Below are positions 1-11,744 of a stretch of 64,000 bases of DNA, in pieces (the stretch's first letter is position 1; each line of letters begins with the position of its first letter). Source of the DNA: Antedon mediterranea (lineage: Eukaryota; Animalia; Echinodermata). A program made the translations under genes and the position numbers. Below the pieces are notes generated by a model. It worked only from the letters and a program-made list of their open reading frames with translations. It had not been told where the DNA came from and did not search any database. The DNA lies in contig NC_092674.1 in NCBI RefSeq assembly GCF_964355755.1, positions 15,500,001-15,564,000 on the forward strand. Reading direction: 5' to 3'.

Positions 1-680
1 TTATTTCATACTAGTTTCTTTGCGATTGTACATACATACATACAGGCGTGACGACAAATGCGGAAAATGTGGTGCCAACTCATTGTTTTAGTTTACAACC
101 CGGGAATTATTATAAACATCTAACGGACCGATACTAGTATATTTTATATATTATAGCGGATAATGACAATAACAAAATCAATCATTTATATTCCCGTTAC
201 GTCTTAGTATACTAAAAAAATAAATTTTTGTTTGTTTATACCATATTTTTTAATTTTTGAAAAGGTGTGTTGTCTAGGACTAGATTTTTGGGTGTCTATA
301 AAACTCAGATCTAGAAAACTCAGATCTCATATTATATCTGAGTTTTCTAGATCTAGAAAACTCAGATATCTGAGTTTCCTAGATCTAGAAAACTCAGATA
401 TCTGACTTGTCTAGATTTAGAAAACTCAGATATCAAGATATGAGTTTTCTAGTTCTAAAATGGAACTAGAAAAACCAGATCATCAAATGGATCGTTCCAT
501 TATTATTAGAGGGTAGCTTGTTTGAAATACTACACAGTATTATACGTTTTCTTACTAATAATAATAATTATTGTAACTTGTAGTAGCAGCCTACGACTTA
601 AATCATAAAGAAATACAGTACACGCCTTTTAAAATGTAGGCTTAGCATTTAGGCCTAGCCTAGCAAACTCATTTCTAGGC

Positions 681-1872
681 TCAAAGGCAATTTTAGGCCC
701 GCTACTCTTTATTATTTACATTAATGATTTAGCAAACATCTGTAAACACTCCAATCTTATTTTATATGCAGATGACACTAGCCTTTTAATTTCAGATAAT
801 GTTTTAAACAGTCTAGTTGATAGATGTTAATTCCGATCTCTCGACTATCTCGAGTTGGTTTAAAGCAAATAAGTTATCGCTTAATGCTAATAAAACTAAT
901 TATATGATTTTTAAGATATAGTAACCGTGTTTACAATGACCTTAACATTTTCATTGATAATAATAATAACATCTCTCGTGTAACTAGTTGTAAATTTCTT
1001 GGTGTAATAATGGACGAATGCTTAACCTGGAATCAACATACAATCCATATTGCAAACTTAGTTTCAAAATATTCTGGTATTCTTTTTAGGCTAAAACCAA
1101 TTTTACATGTCAATGTTCTATCATCCTTATACAAGACTCTAGTCCTTCCTCATATTCAATACTGCAGCTTGATTTGGGCTGACCACAATAACTGTCGCCT
1201 TGAAACTGTTTATCGCAAACAAAGCGCATAATGCGTTTATGCACAAATTCTCAATTCCTTGAGCATTCACCACCATTATTTGCTAGTCTTAACAACTTAA
1301 CTGTGTATGATATTCATAAGTTATCAAAAGGTGTTTTCATGTACAATTTAAGAATAATTTATTACCAGCTAACTTTTCTAATTATTATTATTATTTTGTT
1401 AGAGTAAACTCAGTCCATATTTATTGCTTCAGGTCCTTTGATACTTTTCGTCCTTATAATTTTGTTACCGATATGGGTAGAAACACTATCAGAGGACATG
1501 GTCCAATTTTATGGAACAGTATTGATGCTTCTATTCGTAATTCATCATCTATCAAAGTATTTAAAAAGTTGTATAAAAATAATTTGCTCTTAACTTATCA
1601 ATGAGTGTTACAAATATGTTTACATTTACATTGTTCTATTGCTTTTTTTTTTGGTTTTATCGCACTATCTTTGAGTTCATATGCCAACATGTTTAGCTAG
1701 TATTGTCTCGTCCTGTGCTTCAATTATGTTTGTATCATGTATTAATTATTTTGTTAAGGTGGCCAAATACTGTACGAGCTTTGCTCTTTTTTGGTCATCC
1801 TTCCATTTTTGCATATATTCATTACACTTGTTTATATTGGAAAATAAAAACTGAAACTGAAACTGAAACTGA
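681..1872 (+). mobile_element. 5'-truncated, frameshifted CR1/L2-group LINE (RT C-terminal half and 3' UTR)
   Basis: Translates as ILGPLLFIIYIND...LYADDT; ORF 1010-1231 (LYKTLVLPHIQYCSLIW) is typical post-RT LINE sequence; ends aataaa + (actgaa)n tail at ~1843-1872. Confidence 0.85.
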
Positions 1873-2132
1873 ACATCGCATACTTTTCTGTACCTTTCTT
1901 CGTTAAGATACGTGAAAGGGTCCTTCACGTTGTTGAAGAAATGTATTATACAGGGTCTTTTTTTTGCTCTTTGGCATGGTGCTAAAATAGATAGTAAAAT
2001 ACATTAATAAATAATTTAAAATTGAATTTAAAAGTAATAATATAGTTCGAATTATGATTTAAATAAATAGCACTAGCAATACACTATTAAAAATCGCTAA
2101 ATTAAGGTACACTTAAATATAAATTATAAATA

Positions 2133-2955
2133 AACAAGGCCAACAGCCATTAAGTCGCGTGCTACAATGCATAGTGATACCGGACCGACAGACAGACCGA
2201 CAGACCGACAGACAGACCGACAGACAGACAGAGAGACCGACCGACCGACATAGTGAACTATACTGACCGAAATTACTGAATATGTTTAAAAATGTTGAAA
2301 TGTTTAAAAACATTTATTTTTTTTAAATTTACACGTGCGTAGCCTGTCACTTTCGACGTGCTCGTATAACGTAATTTCGAGTTGAAAAGTAAGTCAAGAA
2401 AACAGAAATCGGGCAAAAAGAGTGCGCAATAACATTTAACGCGCAGTGCGCGCGCAAAAATATGCGCACTCATGGCAATTTTGTAAACGCTTAAAATTGC
2501 CTGAAATGTACTCTTATTTCATCGAAAATAAATTTTGAAAATGTTAAGCTCGCGTACGCATGCGTTACATGCGCTACGCACGTAATTGTATTGCCATATG
2601 ATGATTTATGCCCTGAAATTTATGAGTACCAAATTTTATTTAATTGTGATTCATGGTTGTGAAGATATGATTACAAACGTGATTTCGTTAAATCGTGCGT
2701 AGACCACGTAATTTTTTATTGCGCACCTCGAAAACATAACCACATTGATTCCTGGCCATAAGGAATATACTGTGAAAAATTGACCTAGCTAGATTAAACT
2801 GATATCAAGATAAGGTCAGAAAGCGATAAAACGCATAGTGATACCGGACCGACAGACAGACAGACAGACAGACCGACAGACAGACCGACAGACAGACAGA
2901 CAGACAGACCGACCGACCGACATAGTGAACTATAGAGTCGCTTCCACGCGACTAA
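2133..2955 (-). mobile_element. Helentron-associated/DINE-1-like non-autonomous element, family 1 copy 1
   Basis: On - strand: palindromic 5' subTIR tagtcgcgtggaagcgact, (GTCT/GTCG)n microsatellites, 3' subTIR cacgcgact followed by a short stem-loop ggctgttggcc and T-rich ends; no TSD; near-identical inverse of 3460-4242. Confidence 0.75.
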
Positions 2956-3459
2956 TAAATCAATGAAAACAAAATACTATTAGGCCTATGTAAATTACAT
3001 TTTTATAATTACATGTAGGACGTTTGTACTCTAATAGTGGTCAGCCTGTGATTGGATAGTTCCGATTCACTGCGAGCGGTTGTGTTCTCGAAGAGCTCCT
3101 TAGGCCCGAATTTCACCTGATTGACTATTCTTGTTACCCGGGAATTTTAAACGTTCCCGGCGATGACAGTGTGAAGGCAGGGCACACCCCTAGCCTAGGC
3201 ATAGTGCAATATATTTTCAACTTGTATGAAGCATTTGACTTCCATTTTATCTTTTATACTATATGGAGCACACTTTTTAATCATACACAAGAACCAACCC
3301 ACAGTTTTATAGTCGCTGATTGAATTTTACGCAGTGTTCAAATATTTGTTCGTTGTTGCTGTTGGTGACCGTTTTAAATCTCTACCGTATCAAGATTATT
3401 TTACCAGTTATTTTCCGATTTTTGATGTTTGTTGAAGATTTTGATGATGATAACTGTTT

Positions 3460-4242
3460 TTAGTCGCGTGGAAGCGACTCTATAGTTCACTATGTCGGTC
3501 GGTCGGTCTGTCTGTCTGTCTGTCGGTCTGTCTGTCTGTCTGTCTGTCGGTCCGGTATCACTATGCGTTTTATCGCTTTCTGACCTTATCTTGATATCAG
3601 TTTAATCTAGCTAGGTCAATTTTTCACAGTATATTCCTTATGGCCAGGAATCAATGTGGTTATGTTTTCACGGTGCGCAATAAAAAATTACGCGGTCTAC
3701 GCACGATTTAACGAAATCACGTTTGTAATCATATCTTCACAACCATGAATCACAATTAAATAAAATTTGGTACTCATACATTTCAGGGCATAAATCATCA
3801 TATGGCAATACAATTACGTGCGTAGCGCATGTAACGCATGCGTACGCGCGCTTAACATTTTCAAAATTTATTTTCGATGAAATAAGAGTACATTTCAGGC
3901 AATTTAAAGCGTTTACAAAATTGCCATGAGTGCGCATATTTTTGCGCGCGCACTGCGCGTTAAATGTTATTGCGCACTCTTTTTGCCCGATTTCTGTTTT
4001 CTTGACTTACTTTTCAACTCGAAATTACGTTATACGAGCACGTCGAAAGTGACAGGCTACGCACGTGTAAATTAAAAAAAAATAAATGTTTTTAAACATT
4101 TCAACATTTTTAAACATGTTCAGTAATTTCGGTCAGTATAGTTCACTATGTCGGTCGGTCGGTCTCTCTGTCTGTCGGTCTGTCTGTCGGTCCGGTATCA
4201 CTATGCATTGTAGCACGCGACTTAATGGCTGTTGGCCTTGTT
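3460..4242 (+). mobile_element. Helentron-associated/DINE-1-like element, family 1 copy 2
   Basis: ttagtcgcgtggaagcgactctatagttcac ... gcacgcgacttaatggctgttggccttgtt; sits in a T run, no TSD; two GTCT/GTCG microsatellite blocks. Confidence 0.75.
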
Positions 4243-4938
4243 TTGAATATTTTAACTGTGCTGTGATGTCCTGTATATGTCGATTGTGATCATTTGCCTG
4301 TCAATGCTTGGATTCATCATTGTACATAGGATTTTTATTTCGCTTGGATTTGTTTGCATTCAAGATGGTGAACATACTATTATTTATATTTCTCATGTCC
4401 TTTTATCGCTCTTTTGGAGTCATAGTGTTGAGCAACATGCCTACTTATCGCACAATTATTGTAAACAATCCGATTATTATCAAGCGCAAATTTCAAGGCC
4501 CTCCTCAGGTCCTTTATTCTAACTCAACTGCAACACGACACTATTGTAGTTTATCATGTGATGGTGACATACACCCTAACCCAGGCCCTGTAAATCAGCA
4601 TCAAGCACAGGAGCAGCAGCTGCGTTCATCGAGTTCATCTACTACCAGTACTGCGTCGACTTTGAATTGTCTTAATATGAATGCCCGCAGTCTTCGGAAC
4701 AAGACCATTCAATTACAAGCGTTTCTCTCTGTTCAAAACATTGATATTTTAGCAATAACTGAATCCTTGCTTACATCAGAAGATTTGACATCTTCACTGG
4801 GCGTTCCACAAGATTATATGGTGATCAGAAAGGACAGACTTAATAAGAAAGGAGGCGGTGTATTTGCGGCAATAAAGAACGAACTGAATCCAATTCATTG
4901 TCATTTGCTGGACTCTGTTCCTCATGAAGTTATATGTT

Positions 4939-5689
4939 TTTGGTCGCATGGACGCGACTCTATAGTTCACTATGTCGGTCGGTCGGTCGGTCTGTCGGTC
5001 TGTCTGTCGGTCTGTCTGTCGGTCCGGTATCACTATGCGTTTTATTGCTTTTCTGTACTTTTTGAACTGTCAACATGTGGGCATTTACGTGAAATTGTGG
5101 ACATCCTATTGTGAATGACGTTAGAGTTGCGCAACGTGATTTACGCGCGATTTAACGATTTTCTCGTATTTAACATAGGTCAAAAACCAAATAACATTTT
5201 AAATTGAAACTTTGCAAAAGTTTAATTTATATCAGGCGCTAACTTTCTGTTGGAAAAAATGTGTGTTTTACACAAAGTTACGCGCGCGCGCGCATTTAAA
5301 ATTTTAAAATGCGCAAAATTTATTTTTAATCAACTTTCTACGCGTTTCTTGTCATTTTGAGCATGTCAAAATTCCCATACGCGCGCACATTTTTACGCGC
5401 GCGGTGCGCACGTAGCCTTAAATACATACTTTTTTTCGCGTGATTTATGTTTTTGCAGCCTTTTCTAATAATTTTACCAACTTTTAAACAATTTCGACTT
5501 AAAGTTACGTCATACGAGCACGTCGAATTGGATAATTTGCGCACGTTTTTGATGAAAAAGTTCAAAAATTCGTCAAAATTATGCCTTTTTAGTCGCGTGG
5601 ACGCCACTCTATAGTTCACTATCGGTCTATCTGTGGGTCCGGTATCACTATGCATTGTAGCACGCGACTTAATGGCTGTTGGCCTTGTT
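4939..5689 (+). mobile_element. Helentron-associated/DINE-1-like element, family 1 variant with a different interior
   Basis: Same termini as 3460-4242; splits the LINE endonuclease at a T run (HEVICF | SILIDNYKMIFAVCYCPP); carries a second 5'-terminus copy at ~5587. Confidence 0.75.
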
Positions 5690-8600
5690 CTATTTTGATT
5701 GACAATTATAAGATGATTTTCGCTGTTTGTTACTGCCCACCGAATTCTCCAGTCTCCTTCTGGAATGACTTTAGTGGCAATTTTCTTTTGCCTTTATTAC
5801 CTCACTTACCAAGGTATGATGATATTTATATTGTTGGGGATTTTAATTTAAATTGGAATTATACTATACCCACCATTTTTGTTTACACTATGAATGCTTT
5901 AAATTGTACTCAGCTTGTTGAGGAATGCACTAGGCTTTATTTCAAACAGGCCAGACCGTTTAATTTCACTTGATGTCATGGATGACCCAATGATCAGTGA
6001 TCACCATGCAGTTTCCTTTAACGTATTACTTACTAAACCGTATTCTAAACTGTTGGTACATAATTTTCTTGCCTACCACAAAACTGATATTGACCATCTA
6101 AAAAACTTGTCCACCTTGCCCCATTGAATGTCTTTATGGATGAAAACTCAGTTGACAACTCATGGGATGGATTTCTTGATATTTTTTCAGCTATTGTCCG
6201 TGACTCAGTTCCGTTGAAATCCCGCAAGCAGCGGAAACATTCCCCATGGGTTACCAATGACATTAAGCAAATTATCAATACAAAGCATAGACTGTTCAGA
6301 AAAGCCAAACGTATTGGTTCTGTATCTGCAGGGGATGACTATAAGTCTATTCGAAATAAGGTTAAGCGTCTATGCAATAAGTCATATTATTCATATGTCA
6401 ACAAGTGATTCTACTCGTAAAGCTTTCTGGCGTTTTGTAAGAGAACGTAGAAGATCACCAGCACCGTTATCTTTTAATATTAACGGTGTGAATGTTTCGT
6501 CACACCCTGTAATTGCTAGCTCATTTTACGATTTTTTTGTTTCTGTTTTTAACCCACCCATAATACCCAGCTGTGAACCTCCGGTTTGTAATGTCCCAAT
6601 CCCTGAACTTTCTCAACTTAACTAACGTCTATAATGTTGAGAGGGTGATTAATGGACTTTCGTCTAATAAATCGCCAGGTCCTGATTCCGTGCATCCATA
6701 CATATTGAAATCTGCTTCCGAATTTACTGATCCACCATTATTTAATTTGTTTAATATCTCTTACCCGGAAACTGTTTGAAAAAATACTGTTTTCAAGTAT
6801 ATTTGAGCACGTTTCTTATAATTGTCCAATTACAGAAGCCCAGCACGGATTTTTTCCCTCCCGTTCCTGTGTTACTCAACTTACCAACCTAACCCATTCA
6901 TGGGCATCATCGCTGGATAAAACTAAAGCCCCCGGAATTGATTTTATCTTTCTCGACTACGCCGAAGCGTTTGATAAACTGCCTCACCATATTATTTTAA
7001 ACAAGCTGGCTAGTCACTTCAATATCAGAGGCAATGTCTGGAAATGGATCAAGTCATTTCTATTGGGACGTTCCCAAAGAGTCTTGTATCAAGGATCCAT
7101 TAGCCAATCATCCCCAGTTACCTCTGGCATACCACAGGGCAGCGTACTTAGACCCCTTATTTTTAATTTGTTTATAAATGACCTTCCCTCATCTATTATC
7201 TACCCATGTGCATTGTTTGCCGATGACACGATAATTTATTTAAATATATTTGCAGTAGATGATGAAGTTGTTCTTTAATGCGACCTGATCAGGCTTTCCT
7301 CTTGGTGTGATCTAAATGAAATGGAGCTTAACTTAAATAAAACCAAGGTTCTCCACATTACAAGATCATGGAAAGAGTATAGACCTGTTTATCGTATAAA
7401 TGGCTTGCCTATTAAATCCGCATCTAGTCATTGTCATCTGGGGGTCACGATTAATAATGATCTTACTTGGGAAACTTAATTATTTACCGTTCAATTCGAA
7501 TGTTGGGTTTTATTACTAGTATTGCAGGAGGATCATCCCCTTCAGCAATTTTCTCGCTCTTTAAAGCTCTCATTGTCCACATCCTTGAATATGGTGACCC
7601 TGCGTGGCTGCCTTGAACCAAAAAACTTACGGAACGTATCGAGGCAGTCCAGCGAAGGGCTACTAGGCTTGTCCTTAAACAAACAAGAGGTGAAATGGAA
7701 TACGAGGAACCTCTCACTTAAGCTGAATTGGCCTACACTATCTAATCGAAGAATTTATCTTCTGTTATCCTTTGTTTGTAAATCACTTATTGGAACGGTT
7801 GATTGTAGTAGTGTTGATACACTCAAGTTCATTCATCACTATGCTCGAACCAATTGTCTTCATCTTTTCGCTATTAACATATTCCCTAAGTTATGGGAAG
7901 AGTTACCGGAAATGATTAAAAATTCTTTAATTTTAGAAAGTTTTTCAACATTTTTAAATTCACTTAAATCACATGTATTATATTGACTTTGTTGAATCGA
8001 CTATAAGTATTTATTTTTTCTTGTATCCTTTATTTTTTTTAATTAATTTGTATAATATAGTTTAGTTTATTATATATCATAGTTGTTACTTTGGGAGTAT
8101 GGAACCTGAACTCTTGTTATTATTGTGATTAGGTTCACTTTTAGGTTCCTGCCTACTCCCTTCATTTCTGTGTTTTTGTATGTTTGTAACTGTTTTTTGG
8201 CAATAAATAATAACAATAATAATAATATACATGATGCGTTACTCCTCAATGGTTTATAAAACCTGATCCTTTCTATACTAAAATAAACTAAAAATGTACA
8301 AATCTTATTTTACATCAATTGAAATACAGTTGACAGTAGACATATAATAAATTAAAACCGAGTCTGAGTATACTCTGTCCGCCATATAAAAGTATAGTAA
8401 TCGTACTTCCTTCCACACACTAAATTAGAGAGAACAGAAGAGTTATTTGTGAGAATGAGGGCGCTATCACATTGTATGGAAGGTCACTTCAGATGACATG
8501 CAAAAATCACTATTTCCATTTTTTTTTCATATTTATTTGACTTATTTGTTTATCAAAATGACTTTTACGAGACGCAACATCAATAAATAATCTTTACATA

Positions 8601-11421
8601 ATGTATAGAACCTACGGTAAGAATCTCGTTGACTACTAACGTTATGCAATGGTAAAATGTGATATTTTACTGGACTACTGTATTTTCTTTATGATTTAAG
8701 CCGCTTCAACATGTTACAATATTAGTAAGAAAACAGTAATCAGTTTAATAATACTCTAGTATTTCAAATGACCTACCTTCTGATTAATAATGGAATGATC
8801 CAAATGACCGACCAACCAATCATTTGATGATCTGAGTTTTCTAGTTCCATTCTAGAATCCATTCTAGAACTAGAAAAGTCAGATATTGATATCTGAGTTT
8901 TCTAGATCTAGGAAAGTCAGATATCTGAGTTTTATAGATCTAGAAAAGTCAGATATCTGAGTTTTATAGATCTATAAAACTCAGATATATCTGACATCTG
9001 AGTTTTCTAGATCTGAGTTTTCTAGACACCCTAGAATTTTCGGGACAATCAGGGAAGAGTGAAATTACTCACTCATCCATGGGGGACAATCTATTAATAT
9101 AGATAGGACTTTAATTTTTTTAACTGTATTTTTTTTCTTACAAAATGATATCTGGCCTGTATTCTTGAAGGAGATTTTAGTCCTGGACTAGTCCAAGACG
9201 AAGGATAGTCCAGGGCATATTTTACTGTGGCCTGGCTAGCATTTATAATGCAAATACATAATATAACATCTATTCAAAATTACGATTATCTTGTCATTTG
9301 CATATTTCAAATAATTTAATGAAAAACAACTAATTTTAACACTAGCACTGGGCAATATCATCCCATTGAATATCTCATCGAATCACACACTACTGGCTTA
9401 GGGTTAGATTACGTCAGAGTAGGGTAAACATCTGACCAATTACATACCTCCCTGACGCAATTAAGCTACTTCGCAGTAGTTAAACAGAATAAGATCCTGT
9501 TGTGCAGTGCCTGTCTGTGTAAACTGGCCTTTATGCTGACCAAGCACATCATCAGTATAAGAAATAAAGTAGGTCTGTCAATTGTGTCCGCTTAAAAAAA
9601 TGAGCTGATTTTGTGTAAATGACATAAATAATTACTACAACACAGGCTAAATCTAAATGAATTAGGGCGCTATTATAAATACATTCATCCATGCAATTTC
9701 TGGAAACTGTACAATAATCTATATTCTTTGGACAGAATGATTTTTCGTAAATCATGGTTTGGCGAATTGAGTAAAACGCCGTGGCTATAATATATATGCT
9801 TAGTCCGTTCGAGTTCGAATCCACGATAGTGTAAATAATAAGTATCACCGCTTAAAGCTAAAAATCAAAACTAGACAACAATGTAACTACAAAACTAGCA
9901 AAAAAAGTTACCTACCAAACCTCACACACAAAAAAATTGAAAAAAAAAACATTGAAATAAAAGTTAATGTTGGTCAAGAGGTCAAACAAGGTCAAAATAT
10001 AGGATTTTTATTTTATTCACGGAAAATCATCTACATCATCAGATCTATCCAAAAAAAATAATTCTGAAGATCAACTGATGTTTCATTTTATAGTAATCAT
10101 GAGATAAACATTTTATTTTACACATAAAAACATAGGAAATTAAATATAAAAGTGTTATTTTCTCAAAATTTTGTTTTCACATTGCATGCTTTCGGTAACA
10201 ACTTCATCTGGCTCTTTAGTTTACATACACATGTAACAAGTTCCAAACTGACAACTGGGTTAGGGGCTTCCAAACGACCCGATTTATTTATGCCACGCTT
10301 ATGTCTTTTTGGAGATATGGATTCCATACCTGGACACAGTACGTAATGTTTGTAAATAACGTTGAAACCGTCTTTATCCATGTGTATAAAGGACCTCTTA
10401 ATTACTTAAGGAGTTTCATATCTGTTATTACCGTCAGCCAAGATAGCATAGATGCTAAGGCCTTAAGAAGGAGAACCCATTTACCACTCCATCCAACCTT
10501 GATTAAGTCCAATAGTTAGGGTTTTTGAAAACAAAGACTCGATACCAAGGTTTCTAAAAACGAACTTTCAAATATTATTACATTATTATAGGTAATATTA
10601 ATAATATTATAGTAAAAGAGCAATCTTTTAGCACATATGGCGTTTCATACATATAATACTTGACCTATTTTTCCGACAAAAATCAAAACGATGACTGGAC
10701 AACATAAAAAAGACATATTAACAACAGACTGGGAATCGAAAGCCTATTATAAAACTGTGTACTTTATAGAAGTATAACAATATCATTGACCGTAAATAGT
10801 TCTGAATTTTATTCTTGATACAATTTGTTTTTATTTGTTATTTATTTAGGCCTATTTAATAAAAAAGTACTTTTGTCAAAGTGTGCTTTTGTTATATTGA
10901 GGCGGAAAAAGACCGTGCAGAGTTACTGCTAGTAAGCACGGGTTACTGCTAGTAAGCACGGGTTACTGCAAGCATAAGCATACATATCTGTGTTCTGCCC
11001 AGCACATACTCTTCCTGTATTTATGTGCGTCGAAAACAAAACTAAAACTGCATTTTGTATATTACTCGAACATGCGTATTTATCAATTTTAAGAAAAATA
11101 AATCCTATTTTAATTGAATCGAGTGATTTGACAAATCGATTAGGCACAGTATTGGCATGGAACTATAAATTTATCCATATTATTATTGTTTTAAAGGGGC
11201 TATTTCACGACACTTTAAAAATGTCATGAATATAATCTCTATAATTATGTTAAAAGATATAGGCAGTTTCGCTAATGACCGCATATATCAATCCAAATCA
11301 GTTCATTTGGCAAGAAAGTCTATAAACAAGTTAGGACTATTTATCGATTACTGTCGATAAGTATCATCGTCTTCAGGGTAAATAATAATTGTTAATAATT
11401 ATTTCATTATTTATTTTGTAG

Positions 11422-11744
11422 AAAGTTTATCTTTACAATGTAAAGAAAATAAGGCAATGGCTGACAACATTGGACAGAGGGACAGTCACGGTTATGATTA
11501 TAGAGATGAAATTGAAAACGTCGACTATACCAATCATCCATGTTATCGAACTTGTGAAAATCCAGCAAAACCGAAAATATGTGATTATGAATTTACAGCA
11601 GAATGGACGATTTCTATGTCTGGATACTGTTTCGATTGTCCTCTAAACCCCGACGACTGTAAACTTACAAATTGTCTTACAATGGACGGTAAATCCCGAG
11701 TGGTAGCGATCACCAATGGAACAACTCCTGGGCCAAGTATACAT
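11422..11744 (+). CDS. Laccase A exon (Cys-rich N-terminal region to GPSIH)
   Basis: Acceptor ttttgtag at 11421, donor gtattg at 11745; HPCYRTC...CFDCP...NGTTPGPSIH. Confidence 0.85.

Larger units (their letters stand above)
3040..8227 (+). mobile_element. Degenerate CR1/L2-group LINE with 2A-like motif, APE endonuclease and RT, interrupted by two DINE-1-like insertions
   Basis: GDIHPNPGP (4563-4589); EN motifs NMNARSL, DILAITES, RKDR..KGGGV, YCPPNS, VGDFN, SDH; RT motifs GIPQGSVL, LFADDT; many frameshifts/stops; ends aataaa + (aat)n near 8227. 5' boundary approximate. Confidence 0.85.
290..9031. mobile_element. Foldback/MULE-like non-autonomous DNA transposon with ~330-bp repeat-rich TIRs, filled with nested insertions
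   Basis: Left end gggtgtctataaaactcagatctag (290) is the inverse of right end ctagatctgagttttctagacaccc (9031); inverted similarity continues over ~290-620 vs ~8677-9031; 9-bp flanks tagattttt / tagaatttt (1 mismatch); TIRs are built of palindromic ctagaaaactcagat units. Confidence 0.75.

Noticed and set aside
2113-5655. Short ORFs with SVCL/RQTD repeats
   Set aside because: Translations of GTCT/GACA microsatellites in non-autonomous elements.
10923-10970. 20-bp tandem duplication gttactgctagtaagcacgg upstream of laccase A
   Set aside because: Only ~2.4 copies and no evidence for a regulatory role.
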